Of a stretch of 64,000 nucleotides of DNA, positions 30,145 to 39,691 are shown one piece after another. The stretch's first letter is position 1, and the number at the start of each line of letters is the position of its first letter. Where the stretch lies: NCBI GenBank assembly GCA_039818205.1, contig JBCBUK010000002.1, forward strand, positions 448,001 through 512,000, read 5' to 3'. The notes beneath the pieces were generated by a model, which did no database searches, was not told the DNA's origin, and worked only from the letters and a program-made list of their open reading frames with translations. The position numbers were made by a program, and so were the translations under genes. The DNA is from Verrucomicrobiota bacterium. GTDB lineage: Bacteria; Verrucomicrobiota; Verrucomicrobiia; Opitutales; Cerasicoccaceae.

Positions 30145-31173
30145 ATGAAGAACCCTACAGCGATCAGCCAGAACCCCCTGCGCATCGAGTTTCGGCCCTA
30201 CAAGCGACCATTTCGCCGGCCGATCGAGACGGCGCATGGCCTCTGGTCCGAGCGTGAGGGCGTGATTGTGCGCCTGGAATCTGAGGATGGGCGGGTTGGC
30301 TTCGGGGAAGCAGCTCCGATTCCCAGCTTTAGTGCGGAATCCCCAGATCAAGTGCGTCGACGCCTCACTATGATCGGTGAGCGGATTTGCATGGACGATT
30401 TTGCTTCCCTGGCCGACGGGCTGCCTTCTCTGGGGTGGGCATTGGATTGCGCATTGGCGCAGATCGTTCGAACGGATTCAGGTGATTTGGGAGCGGTCGT
30501 GGTTGCTGGTTTGCTCCCGGCTGGCGAGACGGCATTGACGGCTTTGCCCGATCACTTTTCCAAAGGGTGGCGGACATTCAAGTGGAAGATTGGCGTCTTG
30601 CCTGCGGCGGAAGAGCTCGCTGTGGCTAACGAGTTGGCGGCGAGCTTGCCGGACGGCGCAAAGCTCCGTCTTGACGCCAACGGCGGCCTTGCCGGAGGTT
30701 TCCCTGCGTGGCTTGATTGGTGTGCCCAACACGTAGAGATCATTGACTACCTGGAGCAGCCACTGCCGCCTGGGTTCGAGGGGGAGATGTTGGCCGATGG
30801 CTATGCCAAGGGAGTGCCGATTGCCTTGGACGAATCCGTTGCTGGCGTTGGCGCACTTACAGACCTGTCGGCTCGATTCCCGCAGGCAACCATGGTCGTA
30901 AAACCGTCCTTGCTCGGCTCGATGTGGCAGTTTCTCGACTGGCGCACTGAATACCCCGAGGTTCATCTCGTTTATTCCTCGGGTTTTGAGACGGCCGTGG
31001 GCTTTCGAGCGGCATTTGGCTTGGCTTCGATTGATCCTCAGCCGCGACCGAGTGGTTTTGGCGTTGTGGAATTTCTGGAGGATGACGGTCTTTGTCCGGT
31101 CGAAGTTGGTTCGAGATTGGTTGCATCGGATTTCCCAGATCAGGTGGAGGAAGCGGTATGGAAGCAACTGTAG
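30145..31173 (+). CDS. menC: o-succinylbenzoate synthase
   Basis: GFGEAAP, FKWK, RLDANGG, LEQP, ALDES, KP enolase-superfamily motifs; next to menE. Confidence 0.85.
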   Translation: MKNPTAISQNPLRIEFRPYKRPFRRPIETAHGLWSEREGVIVRLESEDGRVGFGEAAPIPSFSAESPDQVRRRLTMIGERICMDDFASLADGLPSLGWALDCALAQIVRTDSGDLGAVVVAGLLPAGETALTALPDHFSKGWRTFKWKIGVLPAAEELAVANELAASLPDGAKLRLDANGGLAGGFPAWLDWCAQHVEIIDYLEQPLPPGFEGEMLADGYAKGVPIALDESVAGVGALTDLSARFPQATMVVKPSLLGSMWQFLDWRTEYPEVHLVYSSGFETAVGFRAAFGLASIDPQPRPSGFGVVEFLEDDGLCPVEVGSRLVASDFPDQVEEAVWKQL

Positions 31174-32459
31174 CGGCTTTTCGGGCACGTCTAGATCAAT
31201 CGTGGCTCACCGGTAGCGACCAAGACCGCTTCCGCAAGGCATGGGAAGCTGCGCTCGTTGACGTGAGTGGTGAGGGGCCCGTGGTCGTTGCGGCGGAGGA
31301 TCGTGTGGAGTATTTGGCTGGCGTATTGGCGTCCATTGCTGGTGCGCGTCCCGTTTTTTTGGCCAATCCCAGCTGGGGCGAAACAGAGTGGGACCAAGTT
31401 AGTGCGCTTTTGCCGCCCGGGTGCCAGTGGATGGGAGCTGAGCCTCGCTCAGAGGGGCAGGGGATTCCGATGGCTGACTCGCCAGCGGCCTATCGGGAAG
31501 GGATCATGATCCCAACGGGTGGCACCGGGGGGCGCGTGAAGTTTGCGGTCCACACCTGGCCCACTTTGCTCGCCGCGATTCAAGGATATGCAGAATTCTG
31601 GCAACGTCCGGTGCTGCACGCGATTTGCCCTTTGCCGGTCTGTCATGTTGGAGGGTTGATGCTGGCTCTGCGCACCTGGGTTTCGGGCGGGCAACTTCAT
31701 TTGACTGATGGTCGATTGAGTGCACCGATCCCTGACGATTTCCCGATATCTGAGTCTCACTGCTCGCTGGTTGGGGCGCAGCTGGTTCGGGCCCTGGATG
31801 AGCAATGCCAGTGGCTAAGTGATTGCGAGGCAGTCTTGGTCGGGGGTGGCCCCACAGTTAGCGGTTTGATTGACCACGCCGAGCGCTCTGGTGTTCGATT
31901 GGCTGCTGCGTATGGGCTTACCGAGGCAGCCGCCACGGTCGCGATCGCTTCAGGGGAAGCCGTTCGCCAATCTCCACCGGAAGGCGAGGTGTTGCCCTGT
32001 TGGGAAGTTTCCGCTGTTGACGGTGTCATTCATTTGGCCGGTCCCGCTCGGTATCTCGGCTACTGGGGCCGGGAGCCGCTCGATGATGATTCTTGGTCCA
32101 CCCATGACCGTGGCGAGCTACTTGAGAGTGGCCGGCTACAAGTCCTTGGCCGTGGGCCGCGGTTCATTGTTTCGGGCGGCAAAAAGGTCGACCTGGGTGA
32201 GCTGGAGTCTCGCCTTCAAGATTGGACTGAGATCCGCGAAGTCGTTGCCTGGGGTCAACCCGATTCGCATTGGGGAGAATCCATCCAGGTTGCGGTAGTT
32301 GCAGCGAAAGACCTTGGTGAATCCGCGTTGATCAGCTTGGCTCGTGACCGTTTGATGCCTGAAATGCGGCCGCGGCAATGGTTCCTTGTGCCGCAGATTC
32401 CTCGCTTCGCGAACGGCAAGCTGGATTGGACCCGGCTTCGTGAGGATTTTGCAGATTGA
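31158..32459 (+). CDS. menE: o-succinylbenzoate--CoA ligase
   Basis: TGGTGG..K, LPVCHVGGL, YGLTE, HDRG, SGGKKV, WGE, NGK; overlaps the end of menC. Confidence 0.8.
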   Translation: MEATVAAFRARLDQSWLTGSDQDRFRKAWEAALVDVSGEGPVVVAAEDRVEYLAGVLASIAGARPVFLANPSWGETEWDQVSALLPPGCQWMGAEPRSEGQGIPMADSPAAYREGIMIPTGGTGGRVKFAVHTWPTLLAAIQGYAEFWQRPVLHAICPLPVCHVGGLMLALRTWVSGGQLHLTDGRLSAPIPDDFPISESHCSLVGAQLVRALDEQCQWLSDCEAVLVGGGPTVSGLIDHAERSGVRLAAAYGLTEAAATVAIASGEAVRQSPPEGEVLPCWEVSAVDGVIHLAGPARYLGYWGREPLDDDSWSTHDRGELLESGRLQVLGRGPRFIVSGGKKVDLGELESRLQDWTEIREVVAWGQPDSHWGESIQVAVVAAKDLGESALISLARDRLMPEMRPRQWFLVPQIPRFANGKLDWTRLREDFAD

Positions 32460-32490
32460 TATTCCCTAAATGGCCTCTTGGTCTCCGTTG

Positions 32491-32736
32491 CTACATGATA
32501 AACAGTAGGTAAACGACGCCAAGTGAACCGAGGAGCAGCAAGCTTGCGAAAATCTTCAATACGATGAAGCTGGTCTTGGAAACTTCCAGGTCATCGAAGC
32601 CCAGCAAACTGCCCAGTCGCTCTTCCCACCGCTTATGGCTGACGATCAATAAATTCATTGATACAAGAAACATGGTCGTTGGAATCGCGACCTTGATGGA
32701 CCATTTGATGATTTCGATTATTTGACCGGTACCCAT
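32491..32736 (-). CDS. small membrane protein
   Basis: 81 aa with two hydrophobic helices, fills the intergenic gap. Confidence 0.65.
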   Translation of the reverse strand: MGTGQIIEIIKWSIKVAIPTTMFLVSMNLLIVSHKRWEERLGSLLGFDDLEVSKTSFIVLKIFASLLLLGSLGVVYLLFIM

Positions 32737-32863
32737 TGGAAACAGCTTTTGGAAATATCTCGCTAAAACGTCCTAGCGTTGAAGCATAGTCAAGGCATTA
32801 TGAATTTTTCGGTAACAAATACGATCGGAAGCTCGAACATCTCGTTACGAGCCCAACTATAGG

Positions 32864-33616
32864 ATGAGTTTACAGACAAAAATCAGTGTGGTGATCCCGG
32901 CGCGGATGGAGTCGAGTCGTTTGCCCGGTAAAATCCTCCTGGATATTGGGGGAAAACCGATGTTGCGGCACGTGTGGGAGCGGGCTCTGGAAATGAGATT
33001 GGCGGATGAGATTGTAATCGCAACGGACTCGTCCGAGGTCATGGAAACGGCCCAATCCTGGGGCGCGGTGGCCCACCTTACGCCGAAAGAATGCCCCAAC
33101 GGCACCGCCCGCATTGCGACATTGCTCGATCGGCTGATCGGTGACTTCATAATCAATCTTCAGGGCGATGAACCGCTGATGGAGTCGGCCCTCCTCGACG
33201 GTTTGGCGGAAAGCTGGCGCCAAGATGGCGGCGATGTCGTGACTGCCGTTCGGCGGATCGAAGACGATGCCGAGTTGCGGGATCCAAACCTGGTTAAAGT
33301 TGTATTGGGCCAACGTTCACAGGCTTTGTATTTCTCGCGATCCCCGGTTCCGTTCCTGCGCGATGCCGCTGATGATTGCTGGGTTGCTCATCACGACTAT
33401 TGGGCCCATATCGGCATCTATGGCTACAGTCGCAAAACCCTAGAACAGTACTCGACGCTTGCGCCCGGGACGCTTGAGCAGATTGAACGCCTTGAGCAAC
33501 TACGGTTTCTCGAGCACGGTTTTTCGATCCGCACGGTCAATACCCAGTATCACCCGCTCGGGATTGATACACCGCAGGACCTGGAGCGGGCCCGAGCCTT
33601 GTTCGCAACCAAGTAG
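32864..33616 (+). CDS. kdsB: 3-deoxy-manno-octulosonate cytidylyltransferase
   Basis: IPARMESSRLPGK, NLQGDEP, ALYFSRSPVP, HIGIYGY, LEQLRFLE, IDTPQDL. Confidence 0.96.
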   Translation: MSLQTKISVVIPARMESSRLPGKILLDIGGKPMLRHVWERALEMRLADEIVIATDSSEVMETAQSWGAVAHLTPKECPNGTARIATLLDRLIGDFIINLQGDEPLMESALLDGLAESWRQDGGDVVTAVRRIEDDAELRDPNLVKVVLGQRSQALYFSRSPVPFLRDAADDCWVAHHDYWAHIGIYGYSRKTLEQYSTLAPGTLEQIERLEQLRFLEHGFSIRTVNTQYHPLGIDTPQDLERARALFATK

Positions 33617-33622
33617 TCTCGC

Positions 33623-34999
33623 ATGGCTCAAACCGATGGTATGAATCGCTTTGAGGCGTTTAGATTGCGCCATCCCCGAATGGTGTTCGACCGTTCGGAT
33701 TGGCACTGGGTATCTCCAACGCATTTGGAAATGCGGTTCCGTTACCAATTGGAGAATGGTCCGACCTTTTCCGTCGAATCCAGCTGTGTACTTCCTGGTG
33801 GCCTGCGTGCGGCGCCCGTCGCGCCGCCTGTGATGGATTCCCTGGTGTTTCACTTTGGATTGGTCCAGTTGATCAGCTATTGGAAATCGGCATGCCCGCC
33901 GATCGTCGAAATTGCCGTGGGTTCGCTCGATACTTGGCAGATCGCCTGGTGGAAGAAGCTGTTTTTTCGGGGTCTGAGTGAGTTTTTCTTTGTTAACGGC
34001 ATTGAAGCCAATGAGGAGAGTTTGGTGGACTTTCGAGTGGCCGAAAAGGCAGCGCAGGAATTGCCCCGACTTAATGGAATTTTGGGTTCCGACGCGGTGA
34101 TGATACCCGTGGGGGGTGGGAAAGACTCCGCGCTGACTATGGAGCTCCTTGGCGAGCGGCCCAACTCAGTGTTTTTTGCAATCAATCCGATCCCGGCAGC
34201 CCTCAAGTGCATTCGGGAGTTCGACCCTGAATTGCGGCGCACCGTCTCGATGGAATACCGTATCGACCCGCAGTTGCTGACGTTGAACCAGGAAAACTAC
34301 CTCAATGGTCATACACCGTTTTCAGCATTGGTCGCCTTTGGAACAGCCATTGCCGCGGCCCTTGCGGGCACACCACAGGTTGCCCTATCGAATGAGTCGA
34401 GCGCCAGTGAGGGCAATACCGAATTCGGAGGTTTTTTGGTTAACCATCAATATTCCAAGTCTCTCGAATTTGAATGCGACTACCGCGAGTACGCCGCCCG
34501 CTATTTGCTTTCGGACTATAGCTATTTTAGTCTGTTGCGTCCCCTTAATGAAATCCAGATTGCTCAGGCCTTTAGTGAGCTGTCGCGTTGTCATCAGGCC
34601 TTTATCAGTTGCAACCTTGGCGGTCGGCAGGACCGTTGGTGTGGCGAATGCGCAAAGTGCCTTTTCACCTACGTAATGCTTTCCGCGTTTTGGACCGACG
34701 AGCAGTTGTTTGCCGTTTTTAAGAAAGATCTTTTCGAAGATGAGGAATTGATTCCCGAACTGAATGCCTTGATGGGATATGGCGGCATCAAGCCACTAGA
34801 CTGTGTCGGCACCGCAGAAGAAGTTCATTCGGCGTTGGCGCTGGCGCTGGATTTGAGGGAGGGCGAGTTGCCTCCGCTATTGCGGCATTTTCGATCGATT
34901 TTTGCGAGCTATCCAGTTCAGGAAGACCTACTGCTAACGTTTGCGGAACATCGGGTTCCGGGTCCCTACTTAGACCGACTGAAGCAGCTTTTTTGCTAG
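33623..34999 (+). CDS. MurL-like PP-loop epimerase
   Basis: SYWK, GGGKDS, NGHTP, SNESSASE, VNHQYSKS, SLLRP, SCN, WCGECAKC, KPLDCVG match the MurL family pattern. Confidence 0.75.
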   Translation: MAQTDGMNRFEAFRLRHPRMVFDRSDWHWVSPTHLEMRFRYQLENGPTFSVESSCVLPGGLRAAPVAPPVMDSLVFHFGLVQLISYWKSACPPIVEIAVGSLDTWQIAWWKKLFFRGLSEFFFVNGIEANEESLVDFRVAEKAAQELPRLNGILGSDAVMIPVGGGKDSALTMELLGERPNSVFFAINPIPAALKCIREFDPELRRTVSMEYRIDPQLLTLNQENYLNGHTPFSALVAFGTAIAAALAGTPQVALSNESSASEGNTEFGGFLVNHQYSKSLEFECDYREYAARYLLSDYSYFSLLRPLNEIQIAQAFSELSRCHQAFISCNLGGRQDRWCGECAKCLFTYVMLSAFWTDEQLFAVFKKDLFEDEELIPELNALMGYGGIKPLDCVGTAEEVHSALALALDLREGELPPLLRHFRSIFASYPVQEDLLLTFAEHRVPGPYLDRLKQLFC

Positions 35000-35110
35000 T
35001 CTTCGCGATTACTTATAGGTTTGAGCTGACCAAAGGATATAGCGAAATGCCCTTGCGTGCGGGGTCGGGTCTCTGCCACCATTCTTGTTTCTTTGTTGTT
35101 GGTTTCCGAG

Positions 35111-37282
35111 ATGTCGAATATTTGTCGAAATTGGTTAGTTGCGTTTGTCATTGCCTTGCTCTTGTGGTCCTTGGGCGCTTGTCGTCCCAAAGCGACTGAA
35201 CCCGAGGCGGCCATCGATAAACCGTCGGCACAACCGAGAATTCCGCCGATGCCGACGACGTTTTCGCCTCAGCGCCTTGCCAAGATCGGTCCAGAGGCCT
35301 GTGTGGAATGCCATGCAGAAATTGTTGAAGAGTGGCGGGGTACCCACCATGCATTGGCGAATCGCCCGGTGGATCCGGCAATCGATGATCCGGCCTTCGT
35401 GCCTCCGCATTCGGTTACGGATGCCGGAGTGACCACAACACTCAGCAAGAACGGTGGTGAGTTCATCATTTCGGTGGATGAAGCCGATGGCACGAGATCA
35501 GAGCATGTGCTGAACGGGGTGATTGCCGTGGACCCGCTGCGCCAGTACCTGGCACCGATGCCCAATGGAGCCTGGCAAACCACCAGTGTAGCTTTTGATG
35601 TCCATCACAAGGAATGGTTTGAGGTTTTCTCTGGTGAGGACCGATTGCCCGGCGAATGGGGGCATTGGACCGGACAGGGGATGAACTGGAACGCCAATTG
35701 TGCGGCCTGCCACATGACGGAGTTCAAGAAGAACTACGATTGGAAAACGGGCAATTATTCTTCGACTTGGCTTCAACAGGGGATTGCCTGCGCGGAGTGT
35801 CACGGGGGTCTCGAAGCCCATGTTAAAAATGCGTCGCGGCCGGGCTATAAAGCGCCACCCGGCTTGAAGCTTTCGAAGCCTCAAGTCATGGATAATTGCG
35901 CGGCGTGCCATTCCCGTCGCGGACAATTGACTGCTGATGGATTTTCGCCCGGTGACGAGTTTCACCAGCACTACGAATTGGCGCTCCCGGATCAGCCGGG
36001 TTTGTATTTTGCCGATGGTCAGATTCGCGATGAAGTATTCGTTTACGGCTCCTTTCGGATGAGCCGCATGGGTCATGCGGGCGTCTCATGTCTGGATTGC
36101 CACAACCCGCATTCCAATGAACTGATCCTGCCAGCGCAGAATAATATGCTCTGCATGCGTTGTCATGAGAGTGGGTTGGATAATGCACCCGTCATAAAAC
36201 CGACCGAGCATAGTCACCACTCAGCCGGCAGCACGGGTAATCAGTGTATTGAGTGCCACATGCCGCATACGACTTACATGCAGCGGGATCCGCGGCGCGA
36301 CCACGGTTTTCTGGCACCTGACCCATTGATGACGCAGGAGTTTGGTATCCCCAATGCTTGCAACCGTTGCCATACGGACGAGTCGGTGGAGTGGGCTGTC
36401 GAGTGGTCGGAAAAATGGTATGGCGACAAGCTTGCTGATTCCCGCCAACGCAAACGAACGCGAGCAATCGCAGCAGCGCATGCGGGCGAGCTGGCAGCGA
36501 GCGATTTGATCTCTCTGGCAAATTCCGAGGAAATTCCAGCATGGGAGGCCACCTACACTGGGCTGCTTGGGCGCTATGCCTATGAGCCAGCGGTGACGTC
36601 CTTTCTGATCAACCAGTTGTCGCACGAAGATCCGCTCGTTCGCACTCGTGCGGTTCGTGCTTTGTCTCCCGTGCATCAAGCCCTGGGTGATCTTTATTTA
36701 CGACTCGATGACGATAACCGCTCGGTTCGGCTGGCGGCAGTCGACGCTTTTGTTGGGCGCACACAGCTCGCACCAGATAAACTCTCTGAGTGGCGAGACT
36801 TCCAGCAATTTAATAGCGACCGGCCACAGAACGCCTTCGTCCTGGCCGATGAAGCGGTTCGACAAGGCGACGTCGATCGCGCGAAAATGTTTGTTCAGCG
36901 CGCCGTCGACTTAGACAAGCTCAACAGTGCGGTCTACCAGCAAGCAGCGGTATTTTTCAGCCGTTTCCAGGAGCCTGATCGCGCAGAAGAGCTTTTGTTG
37001 AAAGCGATTGAGCTGAATCCAAACGATCCGCAAAGCTACTACTACCTAGCGTTGTTGCGGGCAGAAGCCGAAAACTATGAAGAGGCGGCGGCGCTGTTGA
37101 GCGATGTAGTTGCCCTCCAGCCAGAGTTCCATCGCGCTTGGTATAACTTGGCGCTCGCTTACATGCGCCTGGAGCAGTGGCAGGAGGCCGGTGATGCTTT
37201 GGACGGTGCAGAACCCGCCATGGGACAATCTCCAGACTTTCAGCGGACGCGCCAGATGATTAATCAGGCGCTTGGTAAGTAA
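35111..37282 (+). CDS. octaheme c-type cytochrome lipoprotein with HEAT/TPR C-terminus
   Basis: Lipobox LGA-C; eight CxxCH motifs; HEAT-like then TPR repeats. Confidence 0.9.
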   Translation: MSNICRNWLVAFVIALLLWSLGACRPKATEPEAAIDKPSAQPRIPPMPTTFSPQRLAKIGPEACVECHAEIVEEWRGTHHALANRPVDPAIDDPAFVPPHSVTDAGVTTTLSKNGGEFIISVDEADGTRSEHVLNGVIAVDPLRQYLAPMPNGAWQTTSVAFDVHHKEWFEVFSGEDRLPGEWGHWTGQGMNWNANCAACHMTEFKKNYDWKTGNYSSTWLQQGIACAECHGGLEAHVKNASRPGYKAPPGLKLSKPQVMDNCAACHSRRGQLTADGFSPGDEFHQHYELALPDQPGLYFADGQIRDEVFVYGSFRMSRMGHAGVSCLDCHNPHSNELILPAQNNMLCMRCHESGLDNAPVIKPTEHSHHSAGSTGNQCIECHMPHTTYMQRDPRRDHGFLAPDPLMTQEFGIPNACNRCHTDESVEWAVEWSEKWYGDKLADSRQRKRTRAIAAAHAGELAASDLISLANSEEIPAWEATYTGLLGRYAYEPAVTSFLINQLSHEDPLVRTRAVRALSPVHQALGDLYLRLDDDNRSVRLAAVDAFVGRTQLAPDKLSEWRDFQQFNSDRPQNAFVLADEAVRQGDVDRAKMFVQRAVDLDKLNSAVYQQAAVFFSRFQEPDRAEELLLKAIELNPNDPQSYYYLALLRAEAENYEEAAALLSDVVALQPEFHRAWYNLALAYMRLEQWQEAGDALDGAEPAMGQSPDFQRTRQMINQALGK

Positions 37283-37293
37283 GCGGTGGCTCG

Positions 37294-38202
37294 CTACCGA
37301 TCGAGCTCGGTCGCAAAGGGAATGCCGTCTTGTGCGCCCGGTCGAGTGACTTTTAGTGCCGCGGCGCGAACCGCTCGGCCCATCGCAGCAATAGGATCAA
37401 GACCGCTTGCGATTCCCTGAGCAAAGTATCCTGAAAAACAATCACCAGCGCCAACGGTATCAATGGGCGAGACGGGTGGTGCGGGAGCGTGTTTCCCATC
37501 ATCCTTTCGCGAGATCCACTGGGCGCCTTGACCGCCAAGAGTCAACGCCACACCTTGGCTCACTATTCGCGACAGCTCGCGCGCGGCTTGCGGCGCGGGC
37601 TTCTCCGCTCTCATATGCGAAGCCTCGTGTTCGTTGGGTATCAGGAAATCGACTTTGGCCAGCATGGTCTCGTCAATTGAGCCCTCGAGGGGAGCTGGAG
37701 TTAAAAATATCGGGACCTTTCCCTGGCCGCGATCGATCGCGGCGTTCACGACCTCGATCGGAATCTCGAGTTGAAGCAGAACCGCTTGGTAGGATTCCCA
37801 GTCAATACCGTCGATGTCTTCTGCGCGTAGGGATCCATTGGCGCCGGATACCACGACGATCGAGTTCTCACCGGATTGGTCGATGGTAATCAACGCAACG
37901 CCGGTGTTGGCATGCTGATCCGTTTTACAGCGCGACATGTCGATACCCTCGCCGGCCATTTGCTCGCGGGCTGCTTGGCCGAGCTCGTCGTCGCCAGTCG
38001 CGCCGATGAATGTCACGGCGGCTCCGGCTCGGGCGGCCGCCACTGCTTGATTGGCCCCCTTGCCGCCGAAGAAGCGTTGGAAGGACTCACCCGCAACCGT
38101 CTCACCTGGCTCAGGAAAACGCCTTGCATGGATGACCAGATCCACGTTGAGGCTCCCGATCACAAGAATCCTCGGCTTGGTGTTGGGGGCGGGCGAATGC
38201 AT
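37294..38202 (-). CDS. rbsK: ribokinase
   Basis: GSLNVD, GGKGANQAVAAAR, PNEHEA, DTVGAGDCF. Confidence 0.92.
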   Translation of the reverse strand: MHSPAPNTKPRILVIGSLNVDLVIHARRFPEPGETVAGESFQRFFGGKGANQAVAAARAGAAVTFIGATGDDELGQAAREQMAGEGIDMSRCKTDQHANTGVALITIDQSGENSIVVVSGANGSLRAEDIDGIDWESYQAVLLQLEIPIEVVNAAIDRGQGKVPIFLTPAPLEGSIDETMLAKVDFLIPNEHEASHMRAEKPAPQAARELSRIVSQGVALTLGGQGAQWISRKDDGKHAPAPPVSPIDTVGAGDCFSGYFAQGIASGLDPIAAMGRAVRAAALKVTRPGAQDGIPFATELDR

Positions 38203-38315
38203 CAATTGGAGTTCGAAATGGGGATTTCTCAGATGGTGCAGCCAGCTAGGCACAAAAAAACCTCAAGAACAACGCTTGAAGCAAACAGGGAAATTGTGGA
38301 TGGGATGGGTAACGC

Positions 38316-39467
38316 TTAGATGGCATTCATTTCGTCGTAGAGGGGACGCAGGACGCTTTCGAGCTTCTCCAGCGCTCGTTTTTCTCGCTGCGACACCTGC
38401 TGGTGGCTAATGCCGACTTCTTGCGCAATTTCTGAAAGGGTCCACTGGCGATTGCCCTCGTTCAATCCGAAGCGGAGTGCCAGGACTTCGCGCTGTTTCT
38501 CAGTCAACTCGCTCATGAGCCCGCGCAGCGCCGTGTGCAAATCTTTGCGGGATAGTCGCTCGTGCGGATCGTCGGCGAATTCATCGGCGAGCTGACGCGG
38601 CGATGGATCGTCGTCCGCGAGCGGCGCATCCAGCGGCACACCGGGACGAAGCAATTCATGGTAGCGGCTGAGGTCGTCGGATCCGCTTGGCTTGGCTTCC
38701 GAATCAGCCTTGGCGCTGGCCTCGCTCTGGTCGCGGCGTTGGGCTTCGTTGCCTTCGCGCAGGAGTCGAGATGCTAGATTGATTGGAACGTGAACGGGGA
38801 AGCGTTCACCCATCAGGTAATTCCTGATCTGCCGGGTAATCCAGGTGCGTGCGTAACTACCAAATGATGCTCGCGAGTCCTCAACCTTGTCGATCGCGTG
38901 TAAGAGGCCGAGTGAGGCCTCCTGGTAGGCGTCGGAACGCTGACCGGGATCGAATACCTGCCGATTCACCAGCTTGTGGAGCAAGGATTGGTAGCGGCGG
39001 AAGAGAATGGTCTGCGCTTTTTTGTAGCGTCCATGCTCAAGACGCATGCGCTGCAGCAAAATCTCTTTGAACTCGAGCCATTCGTTAAAGGAAAGGCTTT
39101 GTCCGTAGACGTGTTGGCATTTCTCCAGGTTCCAGATGCGGGCCAGTTTATTGGCGCGTTCACCCGGGAAGCGTCCGCGGTATTGGCAAATAACCCATTG
39201 CGCGAGAAGCTGCTTGTACTCAACTAAGAGACTGTCGAGTAGCGATTGGAGGTTGATGCCACGACGTGGGAGCGGAAGGGATAGGGCCTCTAGACCAGGG
39301 AGGTATTGGTCTTCCCATTCGGGAATGTGGAGCAAGTAATCTACCTCGACCCGGTGTCGGGAAATTGTTTTCCGACAGAGTCTCTCACTAACCTGGTCAT
39401 CTTTACTTTGGACACGACCTAAACCCGCCATCAGATGGGGGCGAATAGACCTGTCTTCGGCACTCAT
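38316..39467 (-). CDS. divergent sigma-70 family RNA polymerase sigma factor
   Basis: Region 2 (DAYQEASLGLLHAIDK...FGSYARTWI) and region 4 (LTEKQREVLALRFGL...TLSEIA...ISHQQVSQREKRALEKL). Confidence 0.88.
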   Translation of the reverse strand: MSAEDRSIRPHLMAGLGRVQSKDDQVSERLCRKTISRHRVEVDYLLHIPEWEDQYLPGLEALSLPLPRRGINLQSLLDSLLVEYKQLLAQWVICQYRGRFPGERANKLARIWNLEKCQHVYGQSLSFNEWLEFKEILLQRMRLEHGRYKKAQTILFRRYQSLLHKLVNRQVFDPGQRSDAYQEASLGLLHAIDKVEDSRASFGSYARTWITRQIRNYLMGERFPVHVPINLASRLLREGNEAQRRDQSEASAKADSEAKPSGSDDLSRYHELLRPGVPLDAPLADDDPSPRQLADEFADDPHERLSRKDLHTALRGLMSELTEKQREVLALRFGLNEGNRQWTLSEIAQEVGISHQQVSQREKRALEKLESVLRPLYDEMNAI

Positions 39468-39554
39468 TTTAGGTTTGGGGGTGAGGGATGAAAGAGGGTT
39501 GGCCGTGGCCGGGAGAATTTACTGATTATTGTGGATCAGAGACTTAAAATAAAG

Positions 39555-39579
39555 AATACATTGCCTTATTCAATGTATT
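39555..39579. promoter_or_regulatory. palindromic operator candidate between the sigma gene and exoD
   Basis: Perfect AATACATTG-N7-CAATGTATT in an AT-rich divergent intergenic region. Confidence 0.55.
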
Positions 39580-39691
39580 ATGCATCGAGGTTAGTCGGTT
39601 TTGCCACAACAATTTTGGGGTGCAAGGATAATTATAAGCAATCTAGTATTATCACCTCAGAAACCTTAATGTTCCATTTTCTTTTTATTTT

